Source: Candidatus Saccharimonadota bacterium | Lineage (GTDB): Bacteria > Pseudomonadota > Gammaproteobacteria > Enterobacterales > Enterobacteriaceae | Direction: 5' to 3' | Length of the DNA stretch: 14,139 nucleotides | Assembly (NCBI RefSeq): GCF_012571345.1 | Contig: NZ_CP046218.1 | Span: 107,620 to 121,758 of the forward strand | Shown here: positions 7,059 to 14,139 of the stretch, in pieces | How the letters are laid out: each line of letters starts with the position of its first letter | Position numbering within the stretch: the stretch's first letter is position 1 | Position numbers and translations under genes: made by a program | Notes under the pieces: generated by a model | Told to the model about the DNA's origin: nothing | What the model saw: only the letters and a program-made list of their open reading frames with translations | Database searches by the model: none

Positions 7059-7739
7059 CTACATAATATTTTTTATATAATTTATAGGATATTTTTTATA
7101 TATACGTTTATTATTAATTAACATATTATTTATAATATAAACTATATTTTTTATAGTAGATGGTTTTTTATATATAAAATTTACTGTCAGATTATTATTA
7201 ATTTTACTTGTAATATTATATTTTGAAAAACCATATATATCAGATATTAATACCCATAAACCTTGTAAACACATAATATTTTTAATTACATTATTATAAT
7301 GTAATATGCATTCACTATTTTTCCCTAACCATAAACCTTTTTTAGTTCTTTTATATATAGCAAAATATACATAGCAATAATTATATTTAATAATACTAAT
7401 AATATTTTTTATGTTTGTACATTGCCAAGCTTGTTCTGCTCGTATCATTAAAGATGATACACCAATCTTAGGTATGTTTAATGCAAAAGATATTCCTTCA
7501 GCTACTGCTGCACCTACTCTAATACTAGTAAAATTACCTGGACCTAATGCATATCCTAAAATATCAATATTTTTTAAAAATAAATTATGTTGTTGTAATA
7601 ATTTTTGTATTAATATAAATATATATTGTGTATGTGTATTAGGACTATATTTATGTACTGCGGTAATAACATGACCTTTTTGTAAAGTTACAATACAATG
7701 TTTATGACATGTATTAATTGTTAAGATATTCTGATACAT
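7059..7739 (-). CDS. tsaB: tRNA N6-threonylcarbamoyladenosine (t6A) synthesis protein TsaB (YeaZ)
   Basis: The 226 aa product is collinear with E. coli TsaB/YeaZ (231 aa): ILAIDTATEACSVAL ~ ILTINTCHKHCIVTL, EHTQRILPMVQ ~ THTQYIFILIQ, GPGSFTGVRIG ~ GPGNFTSIRVG, IGVSTLM..AQGAW ~ IGVSSLMIRAEQAW. ATG start and TAG stop. Confidence 0.85.
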   Translation of the reverse strand: MYQNILTINTCHKHCIVTLQKGHVITAVHKYSPNTHTQYIFILIQKLLQQHNLFLKNIDILGYALGPGNFTSIRVGAAVAEGISFALNIPKIGVSSLMIRAEQAWQCTNIKNIISIIKYNYCYVYFAIYKRTKKGLWLGKNSECILHYNNVIKNIMCLQGLWVLISDIYGFSKYNITSKINNNLTVNFIYKKPSTIKNIVYIINNMLINNKRIYKKYPINYIKNIM

Positions 7740-7788
7740 AATAATTATTATTATAATTTTTTATTAAAATAGATTATATAGAAATTTG

Positions 7789-7816
7789 TTGTGTTAATCA
7801 AAAAATATGTTATAAT
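7789..7816 (+). promoter_or_regulatory. Candidate sigma70 promoter with extended -10 for hslVU (TTGTGT-N16-TGT-TATAAT)
   Basis: TTGTGT (7789-7794) is followed by a 16 nt spacer ending in TG (7808-7809), then a perfect TATAAT (7811-7816). The site lies about 118 nt upstream of the hslV ATG. This is pattern matching only, and the false-positive risk is high in all-AT spacer DNA. Confidence 0.3.
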
Positions 7817-7933
7817 TATGTATCATCACATTGTTATATGTAATAATAAATAATATTTATTATAATAATAATGTTATTTGTAAACTAAAACATTATCTAA
7901 TTTTATAAGATAAAATTTTTATTAAGGCTTACC

Positions 7934-8461
7934 ATGACAACTATAGTATGTGTAAGAAGAAATAAAGAAGTAGTAATTGGTGGTGATGGACAAGCCACAT
8001 TAGGTAATACAATTATGAAAGGTAATGTAAAAAAAATTCGCACATTATATAATGGAACAGTTATTGCTGGTTTTGCTGGTGGTACTGCGGATGCATTTAC
8101 ATTATTTGAATTATTTGAACAAAAATTAGAGATATTTCAAGGTAATTTAGTAAAATCTGCTGTAGAACTAGCTAAGGATTGGCGTACTGATAAAATGTTA
8201 AGAAAACTAGAAGCATTATTAGTAATTGCAGACAAAATTACTTCTTTAATTATTACAGGCATTGGTGATGTTATACAACCAGAAAATGATATAGTAACAA
8301 TAGGATCTGGCGGACCATATGCACAAGCTGCGGCTCGGGCTTTGTTTGAAAACACTAATTTAAATGCATATGATATAGTTAAAAAATCTCTTATTATAGC
8401 AGGAGACATTTGTATATATACAAATCATAATTTTACTATTGAAACATTATTTTCTAAATAA
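7934..8461 (+). CDS. hslV: ATP-dependent protease subunit HslV (ClpQ)
   Basis: The 175 aa product is highly similar to E. coli HslV throughout: MTTIVSVRR ~ MTTIVCVRR (catalytic N-terminal Thr after Met removal), [86 protein letters not shown]. Confidence 0.98.
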   Translation: MTTIVCVRRNKEVVIGGDGQATLGNTIMKGNVKKIRTLYNGTVIAGFAGGTADAFTLFELFEQKLEIFQGNLVKSAVELAKDWRTDKMLRKLEALLVIADKITSLIITGIGDVIQPENDIVTIGSGGPYAQAAARALFENTNLNAYDIVKKSLIIAGDICIYTNHNFTIETLFSK

Positions 8462-8481
8462 GCATGAGGAAAATGCTAGTT

Positions 8482-9801
8482 ATGTCTGAAATGACCCCCC
8501 GTGAAATTGTACATGAATTAGATAAATTTATTATAGGGCAAAATAGTGCAAAAAAAGCTGTAGCTATAGCTTTAAGAAATCGTTGGCGACGTATGCAATT
8601 AGATGAAAATTTACGACAAGAAGTTACACCTAAAAACATATTAATGATTGGACCCACTGGTGTAGGAAAAACAGAAATAGCACGACGTTTAGCAAAATTA
8701 GCAAATGCTCCATTTATTAAAGTAGAAGCTACAAAATTTACTGAAATTGGTTATGTGGGGAAAGAAGTAGATTCTATTATACGTGATTTAACTGATGCTG
8801 CTATTAAAATGATTAAAACCCAAGCTTTTAATAAAAATTGTTATAGAGCTAAAGAAATTGCTGAAGAAAAAATTATTAATATTTTACTGTCTAAAAAAAA
8901 TAATATAGATAAAATACAAGATTCTAAATTAATAAAACAAACATTATTAATGCAACTTAGAGATGGGCAATTAGATAATGAAGAAATTGAAGTAAATATT
9001 TCAAATACCCCAATGGGTATTGAAATTATGGCTCCTCCAGGCATGGAAGAAATGACTAATCAATTACAGTCGTTATTTCAAAATCTTAGTGGTAATAAAC
9101 AAAAGAAACGAATTTTAAAAATAAAACATGCTATAAAATTATTATTAGAAGAAGAAGCAAATAAATTAGTAAATAATGAGGAGATAAAACATAAAGCAAT
9201 AGAATCTGTTGAACAAAATGGAATAGTTTTTTTAGATGAAATAGATAAAATTTGTCGACGTAGTAACAACATATCTTCTGATGTTTCTCGTGAAGGTGTA
9301 CAAAGAGATTTATTACCTTTAGTAGAAGGTTGTACTGTATCTACGAAACATGGTATGGTTAAAACAGATCATATTTTATTTATAGCTTCAGGATCTTTTC
9401 AAATTGCTAAACCATCAGATTTAATTCCAGAATTACAAGGTAGATTACCAATAAGAGTAGAATTAAAAGCTTTAACTACACATGATTTCGAAAGAATTTT
9501 GATAGAACCTAATGCATCTATTACAATGCAATATCAATCTTTATTAGCTACAGAACAAGTTTATATTAATTTTACAAAAGATGGAATTAAACGTATTGCT
9601 GAATCTGCATGGAAAGTAAATGAAACTACAGAAAATATTGGTGCACGTAGATTACATACTGTACTAGAACACTTAATGTCTGATATATCATATAATGCTA
9701 GTGAATATTTTAATAAAAACATTATTATTGATAAAGATTATGTATGTAAACATTTAGATACATTAATTGCTAATGAAGATATGAGTAGATATATTCTTTA
9801 A
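8482..9801 (+). CDS. hslU: ATP-dependent protease ATPase subunit HslU (ClpY)
   Basis: The product is highly similar to E. coli HslU. The N-terminus [10 protein letters not shown] is identical to E. coli when translation starts at ATG 8482. It has Walker [33 protein letters not shown], Walker [10 protein letters not shown], sensor and C-terminal motifs ([10 protein letters not shown]), and the terminal DMSRYIL ~ DLSRFIL. GAGGA (8466-8470) lies 11 nt upstream. In-frame ATGs at 8464 and 8473 are alternative starts. Confidence 0.93.
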   Translation: MSEMTPREIVHELDKFIIGQNSAKKAVAIALRNRWRRMQLDENLRQEVTPKNILMIGPTGVGKTEIARRLAKLANAPFIKVEATKFTEIGYVGKEVDSIIRDLTDAAIKMIKTQAFNKNCYRAKEIAEEKIINILLSKKNNIDKIQDSKLIKQTLLMQLRDGQLDNEEIEVNISNTPMGIEIMAPPGMEEMTNQLQSLFQNLSGNKQKKRILKIKHAIKLLLEEEANKLVNNEEIKHKAIESVEQNGIVFLDEIDKICRRSNNISSDVSREGVQRDLLPLVEGCTVSTKHGMVKTDHILFIASGSFQIAKPSDLIPELQGRLPIRVELKALTTHDFERILIEPNASITMQYQSLLATEQVYINFTKDGIKRIAESAWKVNETTENIGARRLHTVLEHLMSDISYNASEYFNKNIIIDKDYVCKHLDTLIANEDMSRYIL

Positions 9802-9905
9802 AAAATATATACATAGTAGTATTTAATTAGTATTTGATGATAAAAATTATTTGTGTAATTAATTGAAAGCATTTGTAATATAATACAATATCAATATATA
9901 AGCAA

Positions 9906-10520
9906 TTAATTAGTATGTCTCTTTTGTAAGACTTGAATGATATCATTAATACTAATATGATGGTATTGTAATAACACTATTAAATGATACAATAAATCAG
10001 CAGTTTCTTCTGTAATATTAGTTTTATTGTTATGATTAGCAGCAATTATTGTTTCAATTGCTTCTTCACCAACTTTCTGTGAAATTCTTTTAATGCCACT
10101 ATTAAATAAATGCTGAGTATATGTTTTTTTTCTTGTAAAACATTGTTTTTTTTTATGTAATATTTTTTCTAATAAATATAAAAAAGTATAATTAGGTATT
10201 ATATGACTTTGGAAACAACTATAATAATTTAAATGACATGTTTTATTTATTGGTTCTACTAAAATTAATAAAGTATCTTTATCACAATCAGTAGCAATTT
10301 TACATACATAAAGAAAATTACCAGTTGTTTCTCCTTTTGTCCATAAATTTTTACGTTTTCTAGAAAAAAAAGTAACTTTTTTGGTTTCTAATGTTTGTTT
10401 TAAAGCTTGTTGATTCATAAAAGCATGCATTAATATTTGTCCAGATACTTGATGTTGTATAATTACAGGTATTAGACCATTAGTTTTTTTCCAATTTAAT
10501 GCAGATATGTTTATTAACAT
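9906..10520 (-). CDS. hisI: Bifunctional phosphoribosyl-AMP cyclohydrolase / phosphoribosyl-ATP pyrophosphatase
   Basis: The 204 aa product is collinear with E. coli HisI(E): DGLMPVIVQH ~ [30 protein letters not shown] ~ [48 protein letters not shown]. Its start overlaps the hisF stop by 7 nt. Confidence 0.95.
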   Translation of the reverse strand: MLINISALNWKKTNGLIPVIIQHQVSGQILMHAFMNQQALKQTLETKKVTFFSRKRKNLWTKGETTGNFLYVCKIATDCDKDTLLILVEPINKTCHLNYYSCFQSHIIPNYTFLYLLEKILHKKKQCFTRKKTYTQHLFNSGIKRISQKVGEEAIETIIAANHNNKTNITEETADLLYHLIVLLQYHHISINDIIQVLQKRHTN

Positions 10521-11293
10521 AATCTAATCTCTATATGTTTATTATATAATTGTTGTTTTAAAATACCAATATCGACTATATTATCATGGAATATTGATGC
10601 TGCTAATGCGCCATCAACATTAATGTCTTTGTGAAAAACATCATAAAAATGACTCATTAAACCAGCTCCTCCAGAAGCAATTAATGGTATTTTGCATATT
10701 TTTCTAATTTTTTTTAATTGTAAAGTATCGTATCCTTTACAAATGCCATCTTGATTTATCATATTTAATACTATTTCACCCGCACCTAATTCTTGTACTG
10801 TTTGAACCCAATCAATAGTTTTCCAGGATGTTTTTTGAGTAAATTTAATATTACCGGTATACTTATATACATAATATTCTTTTGTATATATATCGTACCA
10901 AGAATCAATACCAACAACAACACATTGTTTGCCAAAATATTGTGATAATTGTGTAATTAATATAGGATTATTTAATGCTGGTGTATTTATAGATATTTTT
11001 TCTGCACCTAATTGTAAGATTATTAAAGCATCTGAAATAGATTTTATACCTCCAGCAACACAAAATGGTATATTAATAACATCAGCAATCTGGGTAATCC
11101 ATTGCTTATCCACTGTTCTATTATTGATAGAAGCTGTAATATCATAAAAAACTAATTCATCAGCACCATCATTATAATATTTTTTAGCTAGATTAACAAT
11201 ATCACCCACATATCTATGTTGTTTAAATTGTTTTCCTTTTACTACTTTATTATCTAATACATCTAAACATGGTATGATCCTTTTCGCCAACAT
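10514..11293 (-). CDS. hisF: Imidazole glycerol phosphate synthase, cyclase subunit
   Basis: The 259 aa product is collinear with E. coli HisF: [12 protein letters not shown] is identical. Other matches are [55 protein letters not shown] and [10 protein letters not shown]. Confidence 0.97.
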   Translation of the reverse strand: MLAKRIIPCLDVLDNKVVKGKQFKQHRYVGDIVNLAKKYYNDGADELVFYDITASINNRTVDKQWITQIADVINIPFCVAGGIKSISDALIILQLGAEKISINTPALNNPILITQLSQYFGKQCVVVGIDSWYDIYTKEYYVYKYTGNIKFTQKTSWKTIDWVQTVQELGAGEIVLNMINQDGICKGYDTLQLKKIRKICKIPLIASGGAGLMSHFYDVFHKDINVDGALAASIFHDNIVDIGILKQQLYNKHIEIRLC

Positions 11294-12009
11294 GAATTAG
11301 CCTCCTGAACAGTAAATTTTTTTTCTAATAATGCCTTTCCAATAATAATATTATGTATACCAATATTTTTTAATTTTAAAATATCATGTAATGAAGATAT
11401 ACCTCCAGAAGCTTGTAAATTGATTCCTGGATATTTATACAATATTTCTTGATATAAATTTATATTAGGTCCTAAAAAAGTACCATCTTTAGTAATATCA
11501 GTACATAAAAAATTCTTAATACCTATTAATAAAGATTTTTCTATTATATTTTCTAAATAAATATTAGATTTTTCTTCCCAACCATTTATATAAATTATTT
11601 TATTATTATTTTTAATTTTAATATCTAAAGCTAAAATTATAGAATTTTTATATATATTACTCCAATATTTAACTAAATTAAAATTTTTTATAATAATAGA
11701 ACCAATAACAATTTTAGCTTGTGGTATAATATTATGTATGTTTTGTATATCTATAGTGTTACGAATACCACCACCAATTTGTATTGGAACATTTATATTC
11801 TTAAAGATTTTTTTAAATAATGTTGTCTGTTTATTATCAGGATTTTTTGCACCTTCTAAATCGACAATATGTAATTTGTGTGCACCTTGTGAAATATATG
11901 TTTTAATATAAAATTCTGGATCATATAAATATGTTTGTTGTAAATCAAATTTACCTTGATGTAAACGTACTACTTTGCCTTTTATTAAATCAATAGATGG
12001 AATAATCAT
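11263..12009 (-). CDS. hisA: ProFAR isomerase (1-(5-phosphoribosyl)-5-[(5-phosphoribosylamino)methylideneamino]imidazole-4-carboxamide isomerase)
   Basis: The 248 aa product is collinear with E. coli HisA (245 aa): MIIPALDLIDG.VVRLHQG ~ [34 protein letters not shown] ~ [36 protein letters not shown] ~ [18 protein letters not shown]. The last 31 nt overlap hisF. Confidence 0.95.
   Translation of the reverse strand: MIIPSIDLIKGKVVRLHQGKFDLQQTYLYDPEFYIKTYISQGAHKLHIVDLEGAKNPDNKQTTLFKKIFKNINVPIQIGGGIRNTIDIQNIHNIIPQAKIVIGSIIIKNFNLVKYWSNIYKNSIILALDIKIKNNNKIIYINGWEEKSNIYLENIIEKSLLIGIKNFLCTDITKDGTFLGPNINLYQEILYKYPGINLQASGGISSLHDILKLKNIGIHNIIIGKALLEKKFTVQEANSCWRKGSYHV
11301..11306 (-). promoter_or_regulatory. 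Shine-Dalgarno (AGGAGG) for hisF, embedded in the 3' end of hisA
   Basis: CCTCCT on the plus strand reads AGGAGG on the coding strand, 7 nt upstream of the hisF ATG (11293-11291). A perfect SD in an otherwise AT-saturated context suggests it is maintained by selection. Confidence 0.6.
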
Positions 12010-12010
12010 A

Positions 12011-12601
12011 TTATATTTTTAAAAAATTTTTAATTAATTGTAAACCAGCCATACCAGATTTTTCTGGATGAAATTGTACTCCAAAAAAATTTTTATATTG
12101 TATAATGGCACTAAAAAACTTGTGATAATGACTTGTTGCTATAGTATATTGATTAGTATTTATTATATAGCTATGTGAAAAATAAAAATAGGTTTGATCA
12201 GGGATATTATATAATATTGGGGAAAATTTGCTATAATTAATAGTATTCCAACCCATGTGTGGAACAGGTAAATTAGTATTATTGATAATATTTACATCAT
12301 AATCTAAAATATTTAAGGTATGTATACCATTAGATTCCATACTATATTTACCTAGAATTTGCATTCCTAAACATATACCTAATATATCTTTTTTACAAGA
12401 AAAAATCATTTGTATTAAATTATATTTTTGTAATGTATTCATTGCTGATTTTACCGAACCTACTCCTGGTAAAAATATTTTATCAGCTTGTCTAATTTTA
12501 TTAGGATTATTAGTAATTAATGCATTAAAACCAATTTTTTTAATTGCAGATTGCAAAGAATATAAATTACCACAAGCTGTATTAATAATAATAATGTTCA
12601 A
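12011..12601 (-). CDS. hisH: Imidazole glycerol phosphate synthase, glutamine amidotransferase subunit
   Basis: The 196 aa product is collinear with E. coli HisH from residue 1: MNVVILDTGCANL ~ MNIIIINTACGNL. The catalytic triad context is conserved (GICLGMQ.LG, GVQFHPE.S), as are LFLPGVG ~ IFLPGVG and PHMGWN. The start codon is TTG (12601-12599) and the next in-frame ATG is more than 50 codons downstream. AAGGAA lies 7 nt upstream. Confidence 0.92.
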   Translation of the reverse strand: MNIIIINTACGNLYSLQSAIKKIGFNALITNNPNKIRQADKIFLPGVGSVKSAMNTLQKYNLIQMIFSCKKDILGICLGMQILGKYSMESNGIHTLNILDYDVNIINNTNLPVPHMGWNTINYSKFSPILYNIPDQTYFYFSHSYIINTNQYTIATSHYHKFFSAIIQYKNFFGVQFHPEKSGMAGLQLIKNFLKI

Positions 12602-13662
12602 TATATAATTCCTTTAGAACTGGGTATAGTAAAATTTATAATACGTATAGCTTGTTTTAAAGTTTGTCCAAATACTTTAAATAAACTTTCAGCTTTATGG
12701 TGATCATTATCACCAATTACTTTTAAATATATATTAGATGACATAGAATATGATAATGAATAAAAAAAATGTTTTATCATTTCAGTACTTAAATCACCTA
12801 CTTTTTGAAATTTAAATTTTGCATCATATTGTAAATATGGCCTACCAGATAAATCTAAAGCGCATTCTGCTAAAGATTCATCCATAGGTAATACAAAACC
12901 AAATCTTTGTATACCTAATTTGTTACCTAATGCTCTGAATAAAGCTGTGCCTAAAGTTAAAGCTGTGTCTTCAACAAGATGATGATCATCAAGATATAAA
13001 TCTCCTTGTGATTGTATATTTAAAGTACATCCTGAATGAATAGCTATTTGTTCTAACATATGATTAAAAAAATGTATTCCTGTGTCTATTTTGTTTATAT
13101 TAGTATTGCTATCTAATATAATTTCTGTATGTATAGATGTTTCCTTAGTATGTCTTGTGACTTGCGAATATCTTTTTATAGGTGTTAATTGCGTTACAAT
13201 ATCCATCCAATCCATTTCTTGATTATAATGTATTCCCTGTATACCTATATTTTTTGCTAAATCCATATCAACTATACGATCTCCAATAACATAGCTATTA
13301 TTTTTATCTAAATTATTTAGATATAACTTTATCATATCTATATTTGGCTTACGACATAAACAATTTTCTCTTTCATAATGTGGACATATATAAATACCAT
13401 GAAATAAAATATTTTGTGATTCCAAAATTTTTAACATGTAATTATGTACTATGTAAAAATTTTTTTTAGAAAAATATTGTGTACCTAATCCATCTTGGTT
13501 TGTAACCATAACCAACATATAAGATAATTTTCTTAATTGTGACAAAGCTAAAATGACGTTTTTTTGAAAACGCAATTTATTTATATTATCTACTTGGAAA
13601 TTATCTTCTGGTTCGTGTATTATAGTACCATCACGATCTATAAAAATAATCTTATTTAACAT
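12598..13662 (-). CDS. hisB: Bifunctional histidinol-phosphatase / imidazoleglycerol-phosphate dehydratase
   Basis: The 354 aa product has an N-terminal HAD phosphatase domain (FIDRDGT, VTNQDG, CxH..ExCxCRKP zinc site). Its C-terminal IGPD domain has GIHFFNHMLEQIA.HSG, DDHH.VED.AL.LG and D.HH..ES.FK. It is the same length class as E. coli HisB (355 aa). ATG start with AGGAAA upstream; the TGA stop overlaps the hisH start. Confidence 0.95.
   Translation of the reverse strand: MLNKIIFIDRDGTIIHEPEDNFQVDNINKLRFQKNVILALSQLRKLSYMLVMVTNQDGLGTQYFSKKNFYIVHNYMLKILESQNILFHGIYICPHYERENCLCRKPNIDMIKLYLNNLDKNNSYVIGDRIVDMDLAKNIGIQGIHYNQEMDWMDIVTQLTPIKRYSQVTRHTKETSIHTEIILDSNTNINKIDTGIHFFNHMLEQIAIHSGCTLNIQSQGDLYLDDHHLVEDTALTLGTALFRALGNKLGIQRFGFVLPMDESLAECALDLSGRPYLQYDAKFKFQKVGDLSTEMIKHFFYSLSYSMSSNIYLKVIGDNDHHKAESLFKVFGQTLKQAIRIINFTIPSSKGIIY
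12609..12614 (-). promoter_or_regulatory. Shine-Dalgarno (AAGGAA) for hisH, embedded in the 3' end of hisB
   Basis: TTCCTT on the plus strand reads AAGGAA on the coding strand, 7 nt upstream of the TTG start at 12601. Confidence 0.5.
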
Positions 13663-13693
13663 CTTATATATTTCCTAATACTAAAAATAAATT

Positions 13694-14139
13694 TTATTGA
13701 ATTAATAATTGTTGTAATACAACAATTATTTGTTTGCATTCATTATATGTGCCAATAGTTATTCTTAAACAATTTTTTAATTGTGTTATATGATTTTGTT
13801 GTCTTACAATAATATTATGTTGTAACAAATAATTAAAAACATTTTGCACATTTATAAATTCAACTAAAATATAATTAGTGACACTAGGATAAATATGTTT
13901 CACGATATTTAAATATTTTAATTTACTTATTAACCATTCTCTATTTGCTATAATATTTTTAACATTATTAAATACTATACTTATATATGAACTATGTAAT
14001 GCTTGGACAGCTATATCAGAAACTGGTTGCGGAATAGGATATGGTGCAATAACTTTTTTTAAAACATGTATAATACTATGATGTGCAATAATAAAACCAC
14101 AACGAAGACCTGCTAAACCAAAAGCTTTAGATAAAGTTC
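13694..14139 (-). CDS. hisC: Histidinol-phosphate aminotransferase, C-terminal part (5' end outside window)
   Basis: My manual reverse-strand translation is open from the window edge to TAA at 13696-13694. It begins TLSKAFGLAGLRCGF (PLP-lysine motif, as in E. coli HisC TLSKAFALAGLRCGF) and continues VIAPYP, NYILVEF ~ NYILARF and CLRITIGT ~ CLRITVGT. The 69 aa ORF in the track (13694-13903) is only the part downstream of an internal GTG. Confidence 0.9.
   Translation of the reverse strand, partial: TLSKAFGLAGLRCGFIIAHHSIIHVLKKVIAPYPIPQPVSDIAVQALHSSYISIVFNNVKNIIANREWLISKLKYLNIVKHIYPSVTNYILVEFINVQNVFNYLLQHNIIVRQQNHITQLKNCLRITIGTYNECKQIIVVLQQLLIQ

Noticed and set aside
7411-7674. 87 aa ORF on the plus strand inside tsaB
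   Set aside because: It is a shadow ORF antisense to the most conserved, relatively GC-richer part of tsaB. There is no independent coding evidence.
7818-7853. 11-codon upstream ORF (MYHHIVICNNK) in the hslV leader
   Set aside because: It has no SD, and short ATG-to-stop ORFs are frequent by chance in AT-rich spacers. There is no evidence of a leader-peptide mechanism.
8137-9272. Four minus-strand ORFs (8137-8409, 8454-8657, 8841-9044, 9078-9272) inside hslV and hslU
   Set aside because: All lie antisense to very highly conserved genes. Stop-poor antisense frames are expected where conserved codons raise local G+C. There are no SDs or recognisable motifs.
9873-9888. Possible terminator hairpin TTGTA-ATATAA-TACAA downstream of hslU
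   Set aside because: The stem is only 5 bp and almost all A-T, and it has no trailing T-run. It is too weak to call an intrinsic terminator.
9823-9916. 11 nt direct repeat TTAATTAGTAT (9823-9833 and 9906-9916), plus the TAGTATTT duplication (9817-9824 and 9828-9835) in the hslU/hisI spacer
   Set aside because: At this base composition many 11-mer matches are expected by chance within 14 kb. One copy overlaps the hisI stop and coding region, and nothing mobile-element-like lies between the copies.
10929-11147. 72 aa plus-strand ORF inside hisF
   Set aside because: It is a shadow ORF antisense to hisF, rejected for the same reasons as the other antisense ORFs.
13694-13903. The ORF track's stand-alone 69 aa ORF
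   Set aside because: It is not a separate gene. Its 'M' is an internal GTG (Val) of hisC, and the frame stays open to the window edge and reads the HisC PLP-lysine motif.
1-14139. Alternative genetic code (TGA = Trp), CRISPR arrays, IS elements, integrases, toxin-antitoxin or defence genes
   Set aside because: All genes translate to full length with standard code 11. TGA serves as the stop for mdtK, minE and hisB, and Trp is encoded by TGG. There are no repeat-spacer architecture, no terminal inverted repeats, and no ORF without a housekeeping orthologue.

Overview
This 14.1 kb window is a densely packed, apparently intact stretch of core housekeeping genes. It comes from an extremely AT-rich, reduced gammaproteobacterial genome of the Enterobacterales-derived insect-endosymbiont type (Buchnera/Blochmannia-like). 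I cannot name the organism from sequence alone. G+C looks like roughly one fifth by eye; I did not compute it. I identified every gene by aligning the supplied translations from memory against E. coli K-12 orthologues. Gene order is: pheT (3' part) > ribE > tyrS > | < tRNA-Val(GAC) < mdtK/norM | grxD > < rnt | minC > minD > minE > < tsaB | hslV > hslU > < hisI < hisF < hisA < hisH < hisB < hisC (3' part). By my coordinate arithmetic about 94% of the window is coding, and standard code 11 gives full-length proteins. I saw no pseudogenes, IS or phage genes, CRISPR arrays, toxin or defence genes, or orphan ORFs of any length. I therefore find no support for a novel biological system here; this is an ordinary core-genome region. 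The points worth a second look are small-scale genome-erosion features. They are a CGYS variant of the glutaredoxin CGFS motif, a tRNA gene without encoded CCA wedged between convergent genes, and convergent genes with overlapping or nearly abutting stop codons and no terminators. They also include long in-frame poly(A) tracts in minE and minC, a TTG start for hisH, a hisA 3' extension that deepens the hisA/hisF overlap, and no recognisable sigma32 promoter upstream of hslVU. Promoter calls in DNA this AT-rich are weak.
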